Below are positions 12,389-23,404 of a stretch of DNA of 39,699 nt, in pieces (position 1 is the stretch's first letter; every line of letters starts with the position of its first letter). Made by a program: the position numbers and the translations under genes. The stretch is taken from positions 1-39,699 of the forward strand of contig ML002347.1 in the NCBI GenBank assembly GCA_003614675.1. The letters run 5' to 3'. The notes beneath the pieces are model-generated. The model worked only from the letters and a program-made list of their open reading frames with translations, ran no database searches and was not told where the DNA came from. The DNA is from Dimargaris cristalligena. Taxonomy: Eukaryota.

Positions 12389-12942
12389 GGTGGGAGACGG
12401 TGTTTGAGAAAGGGAAATGCCAAGGCCGAAATAGAAGAAGAAAGAGAAGCGAAGTGAAGTGAAGCAGAGAAAGAGTGCAGCGGGGTTTCATTGACAAGGA
12501 GAGGAGAGGAGGACCTTGGGGGTGTGGCGGGCGGACTGACCCGAGCCCAGGGGTTGGGGAGGTGCAGGAGAAACATAGAGAGACCCTCACTCGCTTATTT
12601 CCCACCCAATTTCCCCAGCCAGAGTGCACTACTACTAAATAGGCCTTCTAATAGGAGGAAAAGCGAGAAGAGTTGCTTGTTCAGCATTAGCCCACACTCC
12701 AATAGCTGAGGAAGCATTGGCCACCCGTATTAGTCAGGGTGGGCTGGCGTGCTGAATAATAGTCCCAAGCCCTGCTAATTACTAGTGAACGTGACTAATA
12801 TTACCAAGAGAAAAGAGCACACGACTGACTACTTTTAATTCGATCTCTCTTGGTTATGGGGAAATTAACCGGCTAATAGGCAGCCGCCGCGTTCGCCATA
12901 TACAAATATATATATATATATAATGAATTGTATAGTATAGCA

Positions 12943-12980
12943 TTTATATGCGCATACAAACTAAACTATACATATATAAA
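12943..12980 (+). promoter_or_regulatory. TATGCGCATA palindrome plus TATA box upstream of RIB3
   Basis: TTTATATGCGCATACAAA (12943-12960), then TATATAAA (12973-12980), then a pyrimidine-rich leader. Confidence 0.4.
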
Positions 12981-13384
12981 GCGCCTTAAAAACCCTCCTC
13001 CCTTCCGCTTCGCCCGTGTCTGACTACTGATCGCCACAACCACTCCACTCTCTTACTCTACATACTTCTCAACCCACCCTCATTTGGCCAAGGCTAATTT
13101 AACCCCATCCCAACCTGCTGCTAGCTAGTACTTACTTACTTACTTACTGACTTATATCCTCCCTCTGTCTTTAGCAAAACTGCGCCTGCTTTTCCTTTGT
13201 AAAATAATACTTCTTGTTCTTACTCTTATTTGAAGCCTTCGGTACCCTACCCTCCCCTAGTATAATATCTACCCAACCTTATCTATTATTCCGTATTATC
13301 CGTCCGGGCCTGTTGGTGAGACTCTATCTCTTCACCACCTTTCCCATTCAGCCATCCACTTTAGGTTGCTCTCACTTTTCCACC

Positions 13385-14659
13385 ATGACCGCCCCTGTCG
13401 AGTCTGTAGCCCCCCAAAGCGCCTACCACCAAGTGGCCGCCATCAAAGCCGAGGCCAAGGCCGCCGCCCACCAGGCTGCCTCCGCCGTCACCTTTGATTC
13501 CATCCCAGACGCCCTGGCCGAGTTCGCCAAAGGCAACATGGTCGTGGTCGTCGACAACGAAGACCGCGAAAACGAAGGTGATCTCATATTCGCCGCCGAT
13601 GCCGCCACCGTCGAAAAGTTCGCCTTTACCATTCGGTACTCCAGGTAAGTTCAGCACACCCACCCTCCTTTGTTATTGACTTGGCTAGTGCATATAGCAA
13701 TATCGGCTGACCATCTATTATGCGCATATTACAAGTGTCCGAGGGCGAGCATATACACACACAAGCGCGCGCTAGAAGGGCAGGCGGCTTTCGTCACCCT
13801 TTGTATAGTATATTATAGTATAGTATAGTATTAAAATAGCCCAGCATGATTGATCCGCTAGGCACCCAGTCCAAACGCTCACTAATCTATTATTGCCGTT
13901 TGATCCACCTCCACCTCCTTCCCTCACTCTCCTCCGACCTCGTTTAGTGGGTACGTATGCTGCTCCCTACCCGAAGAACGCATGCATCAGTTGCAAATCC
14001 CCATGATGGTGGAGGACAATACCGATTATTTAAGGACTGCTTACGGCATCACCGTGGACTACCGCCACGGCACCACCACCGGCATTTCCGCCCACGACCG
14101 GTGTCTCACTGTACGGGCCTTGGCTAACCCCCAAGTCACCGATCCTTCCGACTTTGCCCGGCCCGGCCATATGCTGCCGCTCCGCGCCGCCCCCAACGGT
14201 GTACTACAGCGACAGGGACATACCGAAACTGGCCTGGGTAAGTCCCTCTCCGGATAAATATATCCCCGGCTCTATATCCTACTAGCTTATTGATTTTTCT
14301 TCCCACCATCCCTCTACCATTGTCCAAAATAAGCTAGCCCAGCGCCATGTCTTGATCCTGATATTGCTCCCTCGTGACTCGACTAATAATCTGCCTCTGT
14401 TCGTCCCTGGTTGTACACTATACATACCCATACATATATATATATACACCTCATCCCTATTTACACACATCCCCTTGCCGATTCAACAGACTTGTGCCGC
14501 TTGACCGGCCGCAACCAGGCCGCCGTTCTCTGCGAACTAGTCAATGATGATGGCTCAATGAAGCGTCGGGACGACTGTTACCGATTTGCCCGGGAACATA
14601 ACCTAAAACTCATCACCATCGCCGATCTTATGGCCTACCGTAGGGCCCATAATTGTTAA
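13385..14659 (+). CDS. RIB3: 3,4-dihydroxy-2-butanone 4-phosphate synthase (riboflavin biosynthesis), 3 exons
   Basis: Exons 13385-13644, 13948-14237 and 14490-14659; both introns start GTAAGT and the phases join (S-GYVCC; GL-D-LCRL). Motifs [46 protein letters not shown]. Confidence 0.95.
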
Positions 14660-15789
14660 ATTTACCTCCGCTTGTTCGACCGTCCCAATGGGAGAACCGC
14701 CCCGTAACTGTACCTCATTTTACTCTTCACATATAAGGGTTTGTTCCCCTGGGCGGGCGCGGCTCCTTTATCCGCCCCCTCTCCTACCGTATTTTCGGGT
14801 TTCTTTTTATCATTGTCTTATGTTTTTAATTAGTAGCATCTTAAAATCGGTCCCATTCGGGGTTGATGGCATTCTGCACCAGGGATGTCCAATATATATA
14901 ATCGATAGTCCATTTTGTCTAGCCAATAATACCTCCCCCACCACTGATAACATCCGTGTCTTGTACTATTCTATAGAGAATATTTTACAGATTGAGGGAG
15001 GATGATGAAATGCCATGTTTAGTCACAGTCCACAAGCCCCCTTAATAATCATCTCTGAAAAGACCCTGTTGTGATCAGGCGGTATTATAAGCCCTAGTTT
15101 CATCCAAATAAGACCAACAAACGCACTGTAGGATTTCATGAATCGGCGATACACATACTTTGCATTATTAGGATTACTTCATATGCTACGAATCTTTCGA
15201 CGTATTGCAGGAACACCGGTTTATAAAGCGACTCCATTGACGCCAATGTAAATCAACATCAAAATGTAAATGTAAATGAGACGGGGGGTAAAAGAGGCAG
15301 GGGATAAGTATTATATACAGCTATGCACATTAAATTGAGGGGTAGTTGAATAAATGCAAAATGCTTGCAGCGTATAATGAAAGGGGAGCAGCGATCTCTA
15401 GAGTTTGTGTCCTAACATCGGGAAACTATGGACACGAATGAGCTCCAATTTCACGTAGGGCTGACTACATGAGAAATGTGAGAAGAGGGGGGTAGGAGAA
15501 GGAGGAGGGGGGAGCGGGAGGAATGTGTGAGCGATTGTTAGGGTCGTGGAGTTGGGCGAACGAGGGGAATTAGATAAAAATAAGCTAAGATCAAGTGTGG
15601 CTCGATAATAAGGAATAAATAAAATGTACAAAAAAAAAGTTATACTCCTGGTCCACATGGTACTCCCCCTCTCCCCTCCAAAAAAGCCCAACAGGGGGGA
15701 TATAGGTGGATGGACTAAAATGGTGAGTAGTATAATAAAAGTATAAATCGGAATGGAGGGTGTGTAGGTGGAAAATATGAATCAGAAAA

Positions 15790-17736
15790 TTAGTCCGTGA
15801 CTGTCGAAATACTACCCGTCTCTGTCCCGCACGCTGTTTCAATCGCAATAGCGCCCAAACGGCTAACTGCCATATTAAGTCGCAAGCGCTGGAGTTGGGC
15901 AAACGTCCGCCACGAACCCACCTGAGCTAGTAGCCCCCGGGAGATCATCCGGGTGTAGGCATAGAAATCACACGCCGACCGAAGACGCTGGCGGCACCGA
16001 TGGCATAAAGGCCGCCGTTCTGGGTCGTCATCATCCAACCGGTAACGGAAGTACACCAGGGGCTCCTGGGCCATCTGAATCGGCCCCAGGGGCAACGTGA
16101 AGGACGTGGTCAATGGTTTAGCCTCAATTGCCAATTCGCAGAGTGAGCAAACGGTGGTGATCATGGCCGGGGGGCTGGTCCCCTGCGGTGTGGTAGGGGA
16201 AGGGTGCGAGGATTGCGTGCGCCCTGTCGGCACCGTAATGGTTAAAGGGGGTGCGGCGCCTTGGGGGGCGGGCGAGATGCCATTCACGGCAGGGGTTGAG
16301 TTCGACTGGGACGGATCCGTGGGACCCGAGGCGGTAAAGATAGACATATAACCGGTGGCGGACCACGATCGGCTAGCCGACGGCATGGGGGCCGATAGGC
16401 GGACCGACCGGGCGGCCGGGGAGGCACTGGCGGGTAGAGGGTCCGAAGGGTTCTTGACCAATGCGGTGCTGGCATAGTAGGGGATCGTCTCGATCATAAG
16501 GGAGTTGGCTTGAACGGCACTGAGTAGGCGACGGTGGTGCCGCCAGGACATCAAATTGCTTCCGGACGAAACCACTAGCGAGGATCCGAAGCGGAGGCAG
16601 GGTTCTACATCTTCGGCAAAGCACCGCTTCATGTAGGCCGAGGCTAGGGCGGCCTTTTCGTTACGGAGAGTCAAAAACTCACTAAATTCATTAAATATCA
16701 TATCATCGGCGAACAGATACAAATGAGTGAACAGGTGCAGCGGGGCGTTAGCCCCTAGGGTCTTCACTGGAAGGGTGAACTGATAAGAGCCCACCCCGCT
16801 ACCGTCCGGGCCGGAGGACAGGTCATACAGTGTGGAATCCCGTGAGCCATTAGTGCCGCCCGAAATGACCGACTCGCGGAATCCCTGGGACGGGGAGGTG
16901 GGTGAACGCCGGGGGCTGAAGAGGAGACTGAGGTCAGCCAGCGGGTCCTCGCCATTATCCCCCGAGCTGGATTCAGGCGAAGTGATACCAGTCCGTGATG
17001 CGTGGGGGTGGGACTGCTCGTAGTCCATTTGCAGGGCGCGACGCAGCTTTACCTCGCGTTCCTTGTCCTCGATGGCCTCCTCTAGGCGGATTTTCAGTTC
17101 ATTGCACTGTTCTCGTTCGAAATCGACCAGTTGGGTCAATTCAGTGACCTTGCGGGCGGAAATAGCATGCCGCTTCTCCCACTGTACGCTTCGGCTCCGC
17201 TCGTCCTTGACCATTTTATTGGCCTCTTCAAACAGGCAGCGGGACAGGTCTTCCAGCTCATGCTCGACCAGGAGTTTGGCGTGCTCCACTTCACCTCGCT
17301 TTTCAGTCTCATCGATGAGCTTTTCAGCCAGGCGCTGCATATCGGTCTGGAGTTGGGTGGTGTCGACCACTCGCTTCTGATTGATGGAGTCTAGAGTATC
17401 CTGGAGTTCTTTAATTTTGGCATGGGCGGCATCCAATTCGACCTGGGAGGCGGAGGCGGTTTTCTCATGGTCGGCCCGGTCATCGACGGCCTCGGAGAGC
17501 TTTTGACTGAGGGTTTCGTTATCGGTGGATAGTTTCTGGAGCTCAAACTCTTGTTCAGTACACTTATTTTGTAGGGCGGAAAAGTCTAAGAATTCTCGGG
17601 CGGTCGGTGACCGAGGGGAGGGGTCAGGAGAGACTAGGGCCCCCCCTGGTGCTTTGAGGGCAGAGTGGGTTTCGAGCCACTCTGCCAGGTCAGCGCCGCA
17701 CTGCCAACAGGCGTGCTGGGGCGCTGGGGGAGACAT
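15790..17736 (-). CDS. SEC2: Rab GEF Sec2 / Rabin8-like protein, 648 aa
   Basis: Coiled-coil Sec2 domain motif VEHELEDLSRCLFEEANKMV. C-terminal domain with RCFAEDVEPCLRF, CSLC and LCHRCRQRLRSACDFYAYTRMI, as in Sec2/RAB3IP. Confidence 0.9.
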   Translation of the reverse strand: MSPPAPQHACWQCGADLAEWLETHSALKAPGGALVSPDPSPRSPTAREFLDFSALQNKCTEQEFELQKLSTDNETLSQKLSEAVDDRADHEKTASASQVELDAAHAKIKELQDTLDSINQKRVVDTTQLQTDMQRLAEKLIDETEKRGEVEHAKLLVEHELEDLSRCLFEEANKMVKDERSRSVQWEKRHAISARKVTELTQLVDFEREQCNELKIRLEEAIEDKEREVKLRRALQMDYEQSHPHASRTGITSPESSSGDNGEDPLADLSLLFSPRRSPTSPSQGFRESVISGGTNGSRDSTLYDLSSGPDGSGVGSYQFTLPVKTLGANAPLHLFTHLYLFADDMIFNEFSEFLTLRNEKAALASAYMKRCFAEDVEPCLRFGSSLVVSSGSNLMSWRHHRRLLSAVQANSLMIETIPYYASTALVKNPSDPLPASASPAARSVRLSAPMPSASRSWSATGYMSIFTASGPTDPSQSNSTPAVNGISPAPQGAAPPLTITVPTGRTQSSHPSPTTPQGTSPPAMITTVCSLCELAIEAKPLTTSFTLPLGPIQMAQEPLVYFRYRLDDDDPERRPLCHRCRQRLRSACDFYAYTRMISRGLLAQVGSWRTFAQLQRLRLNMAVSRLGAIAIETACGTETGSISTVTD

Positions 17737-18388
17737 GGGTCTAGCGTCGGGAGCCAGGGTGGAAGAAGAACTTTAAAGAGAGAGAGGGAGAGGGTTGTTG
17801 GAGGGGGTGACGTACGGTGTGACGCGAGATAGATAAATGACAGAGCGTGTGCGGGCCAGTAGTGCTACAAGGAGAAGTGTATAGAAGTGAAACTGGGGGG
17901 AGGGTTGGCAATAGAGGAGGTAAGTGAGAAGGCGGCTTGGGACGAGGGGTTAGAGTGACAGCGGTCAAAAGCCGGGGAGGGCGGAAAAGATTCTCAGAGG
18001 CAAGTGAGAAGAGAAGGGCAGTGTAGTTTGACAAGCAGTGCCGGCGGGGGGAGTGAAGAATAAGAAGAAAATAGGGGTAAGAGGAGAAGGTGAAATGGAC
18101 AGGTTCGGGAAGGTCACAAAAGGTAAGTCGCCGGACCAGAGAATATCAGGATAGAACGAGACTGCGAATGCGTACGGCCCCAAAGAAGGGCAAGTGGAGT
18201 GAGTGAGGAAGATATAGTTCTAAGTGACTGAAGAAGCAATGGCGAAGGACGGGAAGCAGAAAAGTACAGGTATATTATGCAAAGAAAAGTAAAGTAAAGG
18301 AGAAAGAAAGAAGAGATAAGTGAGAGAGAGAAGGAGAGAGAGGGAGGGAGAGAATGGGGGCAGATAGGTAGGTATAGAAGAAAAGTTG

Positions 18389-18406
18389 GTTATATGCGCA
18401 TATAAC
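18389..18406. promoter_or_regulatory. Perfect 18-bp palindrome GTTATATGCGCATATAAC upstream of SEC2
   Basis: Read directly from the sequence. It lies between a minus-strand TATAAAT (18436-18442) and the pyrimidine-rich SEC2 leader. A regulatory role is inferred. Confidence 0.45.
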
Positions 18407-20225
18407 TAAGGCTAACTAGCCGCCCCCTTTTCCCCATTTATATTTAATCATAAGTCTAATGTAATAGAATGGCGACCTTTCTTCTTTCCTTTCTTTTCCG
18501 AACTGCTGGGAAACAATTCTTCTCAAGCTTGTCCGGCATACCTTGGCGCTTCCTGTGTCACTCACCTTCGAAACACGCCACCCTTGTCCAACGTGCTTCG
18601 TTTTCGTCTTCGCCAGTGGTCTGGCCAACGGTCTTGATATATCTCCTCCAATTGTGCACTAAAAGAGACCTTTCCACCTACAGAACACTGCTCTACCAAA
18701 CACAACTCCACCACCACTTTACTAAGCCCCTCGTCCATCTTCGGCTTAGCAGGTTTGGCGACTGTGGAAGGCGGCGGTGTATAAAGCTCGCCTTGACCAT
18801 CAGAAGATGAACGCTAGACTATCTCGCTCTCGTATCACACCGGTGGTCGACGCCTCTTTGCCCTACGACTTTGCCACTTGCCTTGTTTTTTGTAGGTTGC
18901 GAGGTGGATTCGGCGGAAGATCGAAGCCCCTTACCCCCCCCCTCCAAGCCAGAAACAGGCCATCGCAGCAATCCCCTGGGCTATTTTTAATAGTCGGGCG
19001 AAAGCCCGCCAGTAAGAGAGAGCGAACGATTACCATTTGGATACCTGGGCGATCCCCCAGTGTGAAAGTGATGGGGATTAGCTGGTGGGAGAATCGGCTG
19101 GCCGAGATAAAGATAGAATCCACAGGGCTTATTACCTATGGTTTACACCGGTGGGTCGTTGATGCGTCTGAATATATATACCCTCTAACCAAGCCATTGC
19201 CAAATAAGGTGGCGGAATTGGGCAGTAATTCCCAGAGTGACTATCCCCAGAGAAAGCGGGACCAACGGCTGCGAATTTTGGATCTAAAATTGGCACACCC
19301 TAATCCCCAATTGTACTATTTTTACCCTTTTATTTGCTGTCGGAAGGGGGGGGGGACCAATGAACCAAACGCCCTACGACACCATTAGAACCCTGAATGT
19401 GCTGTGCGCATCCGGGGCACCTTTCTCAGCTGACCTGGGGGGGATGGGGAAGCGCAAGGGGCATATCCTAAACCATCTTTTAGGTTTCGGGCCACATAAT
19501 GACGACATGGATCATGGTGCGAGTGTATAACCGGGTCGGGCATTTAGTGGGCGGTTTTCGTCGGCTTTGCACAGTAAGGGCGACAGATGGGGGTTACAAA
19601 GCGATAGGGGCCTCATTTGACCACCGACCCTCTTCTATATACAATAACTCCTAATCGGTTTATTGGGAAGAGGAGGGCTTCTTCTCCGTCGCTCGTCCTA
19701 GTATAGTGGCTATTGCTTATTAGAATGGTGGAAGGTGTGTGTGTCCTTCTTTACTACGCCCCAAACGCAAACTATATGGTAAGGTTTATGAGAGGGTCAG
19801 GCAGTACGGGGTGGGATGGATGAGATGAGTCCTGTGTCCCGTCGGATAAAGCCGGGGTAGGCTATGATCCGGTCACGTGGCTATTAATATAGACAGTTGG
19901 TTGAATTAGAGAGCGGTAGATTGGCTTCCTTCCCCAACCAGACAACCCACACAATGTCCATAAGCAGTTGATATAATGGGGGAGATGGCACAGCAAAGAG
20001 AAAGAGAGGGAGAGCTCTAGTAGGTAGGTTAGGTATACCACTAGTGTTTAGGCTCGCTGATGGGCCGGTGATTCCATAAGCGTTGATCCGCCTGAGGTTT
20101 CTCTGATCCCTAACCCTTCTTTCTTTGTTCTTTTCGCTTCCCTTGCTTGGCCCCTCCCTCCCTCTAGTTTCTTTACGGCCCTTTTATTTATTTCCTCCTC
20201 CTCCCATTCCCTTTATTTTCTCGTC

Positions 20226-20789
20226 ATGTCATTCAAGGCTACTTACTCGCTGGCCCACATCCCCTGGGTTCGTGCCGCCCTCAAACCCTTCGCCGGTCCC
20301 TACGTGACCGCTGCCGGCTACCGCAAGGTTGGCCTGAAGTACGACGACCTGGTCCAAATCGACGCCGATCCAGTCGCCACGGAGGCTCTGCGGCGCCTTC
20401 CCGCTCACGAGGCCGATGCCCGCATCTTCCGCATGCGCCGGGCTATCCAGTGCGATCTGACCCACTCCCTCCTGCCCAAAGAACAGTGGATTCGCCCCGA
20501 AGAGGTACGCCTTTCCTTGCTTTGCCTTTGCCATAGCTATGTATTATTGCCCTACCGCGCCACTCCTTTACTGGGAGTTGCCTCTTTTCATTCCCCTCCC
20601 AGGCTACCGGAGTGGTTTCTTGCTCTATAATTCACGTTCATTGCCTCTAACCCACCTCTGCCCTGACCACTTTGCGTATATTGTCTCCAATAGGATACCC
20701 GTTATCTGACTCCCATCGTCAAGGATGTCGCGGCCGAATTCGCCGAGCGTGAGGCTTTCGACACCGGCAAGGTCGTGGTTCAGCACTAA
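20226..20789 (+). CDS. QCR7: Cytochrome b-c1 complex subunit 7, 124 aa, 2 exons
   Basis: Exons 20226-20504 and 20694-20789; intron GTACGC...ATAG with a CTAAC branch point, phase 0. Motifs AAGYRKVGLKYDDL, ARIFRMRRA, LPKEQWIRPEEDTRYLTPIV...ERE.FD. Confidence 0.95.
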
Positions 20790-21556
20790 GACCTGAATTC
20801 AATTGTTCGTAATGCTCTCTTCACTGCGTCGAGTGACCTCGACGGTGCCCCCAGATGCGTGCTCGTCTTGGTTCCTAGACCATATCCTTGTTTCGATAGA
20901 TACTTCCCCTCTTCTTCCCTTTGCTGGTTTATCTGCAATGAATTTTATCCGCTTCTTACGAACATACACCAGTTGTGACGGTACAGGGGGTTTGAAATGC
21001 CCCGCTTTCCCCATTAAATTTAGAAAGTTCTGAGCCTGGAACATAGTGAAGGGGGGGGTCTGGTCTGGTTTGGTATATGGCCCAGTGCCGAGACTGGCTA
21101 CATATAGCCGGGTAGATTAGAGCCTGGTTAGACATTCTCCCAATCTCCGCTCTGTTACCTGCCTCATTGATGGTCAAGGTTAAATATTAAGCGGCCCAAG
21201 AAATTGCATTCCGAGCAGGAGAGACATCCAGCTTAATTGCAGCTGTGGAGTTTTCCGCTACTATACCACCCTATATTTACGTTTTGAAGCTTGTTAGGGA
21301 AACCCTTGGGGGGAATAGAGCTACTGTTTCCGATAACTATATTCACCGAGAACGACCCTTTGAATTAATTACGCTTAGGATTCTATGGGCCATGTAGTAT
21401 TTCTAATCCATTTATGAACAGAGCAGTCCCCCACTCCTTAATGTTTGGGAAAACATGCCAATTCTGAAAGTAGGATGTGTCTAAAATTAAGAATAGGGAA
21501 GGTGAGGTCCGCGGCTACCTTGCTTACTGACCATAGCCCAAATGTTCTCTTCTCGC

Positions 21557-22706
21557 CTACAGTTTGGCTGAGGCGGGGTCAGCCACCTTGACAACGACCT
21601 TGCCGTAAGACTCACGTGATGCAATGGTGTCCAGGGCGCTACCCACCTGGTCCAGACCGTGGAAGACCCTGGGAAAGACCACCGGTTTGAGTTGCCGCTG
21701 GGCCAGCCAGGGCAGCAGTACGCCCCACACTTCGGGTACTCTTTCGGGCTCAAAGCGAAGGTAAGCGCCCCAGTGCAGGCCCACGATGGACACGTTCTTG
21801 AGGAGGACCCGGTTCACAGCCACCTTTTCAATTTGACCCGCGGCAAAACCGACAACGATCAAGCGACCGTTCCAAGCGGTGCATTTGAGTGACCGCTCAA
21901 TCAACCCCACGGGATCATAGACGATATCCACGCCGCGGCCCTGGGGCGTTAGTTTAGCCACAGCACTGGGCCAGTTCTCGTCCCGGTAGTTTACTACGTG
22001 ATCGGCACCCTGGGCCCGGACTATATCGGCCTTGGCGTCCGAACCCACAGTGGCGATAACGGTGGCCCCGAGCAGCTTGGCGATCTGGACGGCGGCTAAC
22101 CCCACTCCCCCAGCGGCCGCATGGATCAGAACATGGTCGCCCCGCTTAAGCCCACCGCGGTACACTAGGCCGGCGTAGCTGGTGGGGTAGGTGATGGTGA
22201 GGCCGCAGGCTTCTTCGTAGGACAGGGCATCGGGTTTGGGGATAACCTGCTTGGCGGGGACGGCGAGGTATTCGGCGTAAGCGCCCCAGGAGTCGGAGCC
22301 CATGACGGCAGTGCCCACGTTGATGTGGCTGACGTTGGGGTGGGTCTTGACTACTACTCCGGCGAACTCGCAGCCGGGGGTAAACGGACGGGGCGGCTTG
22401 ATTTGGTATTTGCCTTGGACCTGAAGCAGTGTGGCAATAGCGGGGGGTATGTTTTAAGGGAAGTGGTGAGTGGTTGTTGGAAGATACAACACCCCATTAA
22501 TCCCGGGCTGTGGGGGTTCTTCTCAAGGACAGGCAGGGTAAGCAAAGGATACTTCTTACCATCAGGATATCAAAGAAGTTGGTGCCCACGGCCATCACCT
22601 TCACCAGCACCTGGCCGGGCTTGAGGGTGGGGATGGGAACGTTGGCGTTCACTTTGAGCTCGCTGGTGGACTTAAGCCACTGGTCACGCACCACGAGTGC
22701 CTGCAT
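21557..22706 (-). CDS. NADPH:quinone oxidoreductase, zeta-crystallin/QOR type (MDR superfamily), ~336 aa, 2 exons
   Basis: Exons 22706-22560 and 22420-21557; intron GTAAGA...TCAG, phase 0. Motifs NFFDILMVQGKYQIKPP.PFTPG.EFAG, HAAAGGVG, GVDIVYDPVG, GKVVV. No Zn-ligand GHE motif. Confidence 0.9.
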
Positions 22707-23079
22707 GTTGGCGAATTATTTAACGATGTTGGGTAGAATGCGAGAGACTGCCGTAATTAAAAGACTGTATAAATAGGGTATAAGTTAGAAAGAAGCCGAG
22801 AGAGAGGGTGTGTCCTGGCAAATAGATATATATATGTTACGGTGACATGTGCAATAATGGATTGCACTAAGGGGCTTCCCCATACATGGGTGATGGGAGA
22901 AGGGTGGCCGCCCATATGATTGGGACGATGCACTTTTGGTTTCATACTCTTTCTCTCCCATTTGGCCGCGTAGATGGTGTTTGGAGAGCAGCTTGGTGCA
23001 TGTGAGAGGGGCTATATAGAAGGCACCAATGATATATCGTCCCAATTGCTGGTTTAGATGCCAAAGGGATAATACTTAC

Positions 23080-23099
23080 ATATATATATATATATATAT
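23080..23099. repeat. (AT)10 microsatellite in the divergent promoter between the oxidoreductase and RhoGAP genes
   Basis: Direct reading. Similar (AT)n tracts occur near 12906, 14434, 24967, 25501 and 29655. Confidence 0.9.
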
Positions 23100-23404
23100 T
23101 ATATTTATTCAAAAATCTCCGCTGGCACTACTTAGCGCTGTAAGACGGCGCAGGAAATATCCCCATTTCATTTTATTATTACTTCATCGAAGTGGCGCGG
23201 TCTTCTTCCCCTGTCATGGGGGACTCAACAGCATTGGCGGGGTATCTGTGTCTATGTTTGTCCTTGAGGACCCGCTTTTCTCTCACACCCCAAACCCTTG
23301 TCCATCTGGTTCCCTCTTCCTTTCCCCACTGTACCTCTTTCTCTTTTATTCTCTTTCGTCCCCTTTGCTATTCGTACCTCCCGCCATTTCCCCTCATTTG
23401 CACC

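Noticed and set aside
13645-14489. FMN or other riboswitch in the RIB3 introns
   Set aside because: No conserved FMN or TPP aptamer motifs in either intron.
15002-15058. Possible C/D snoRNA (ATGATGA ... CTGA)
   Set aside because: Short, with a weak terminal stem, no clear D'/C' boxes and no convincing >=10-nt rRNA complement that I could identify.
18777-19388. 203-aa intergenic ORF
   Set aside because: Non-ATG start, crosses homopolymer runs, lacks the C/G-ending codon bias of real genes here, and has no domain.
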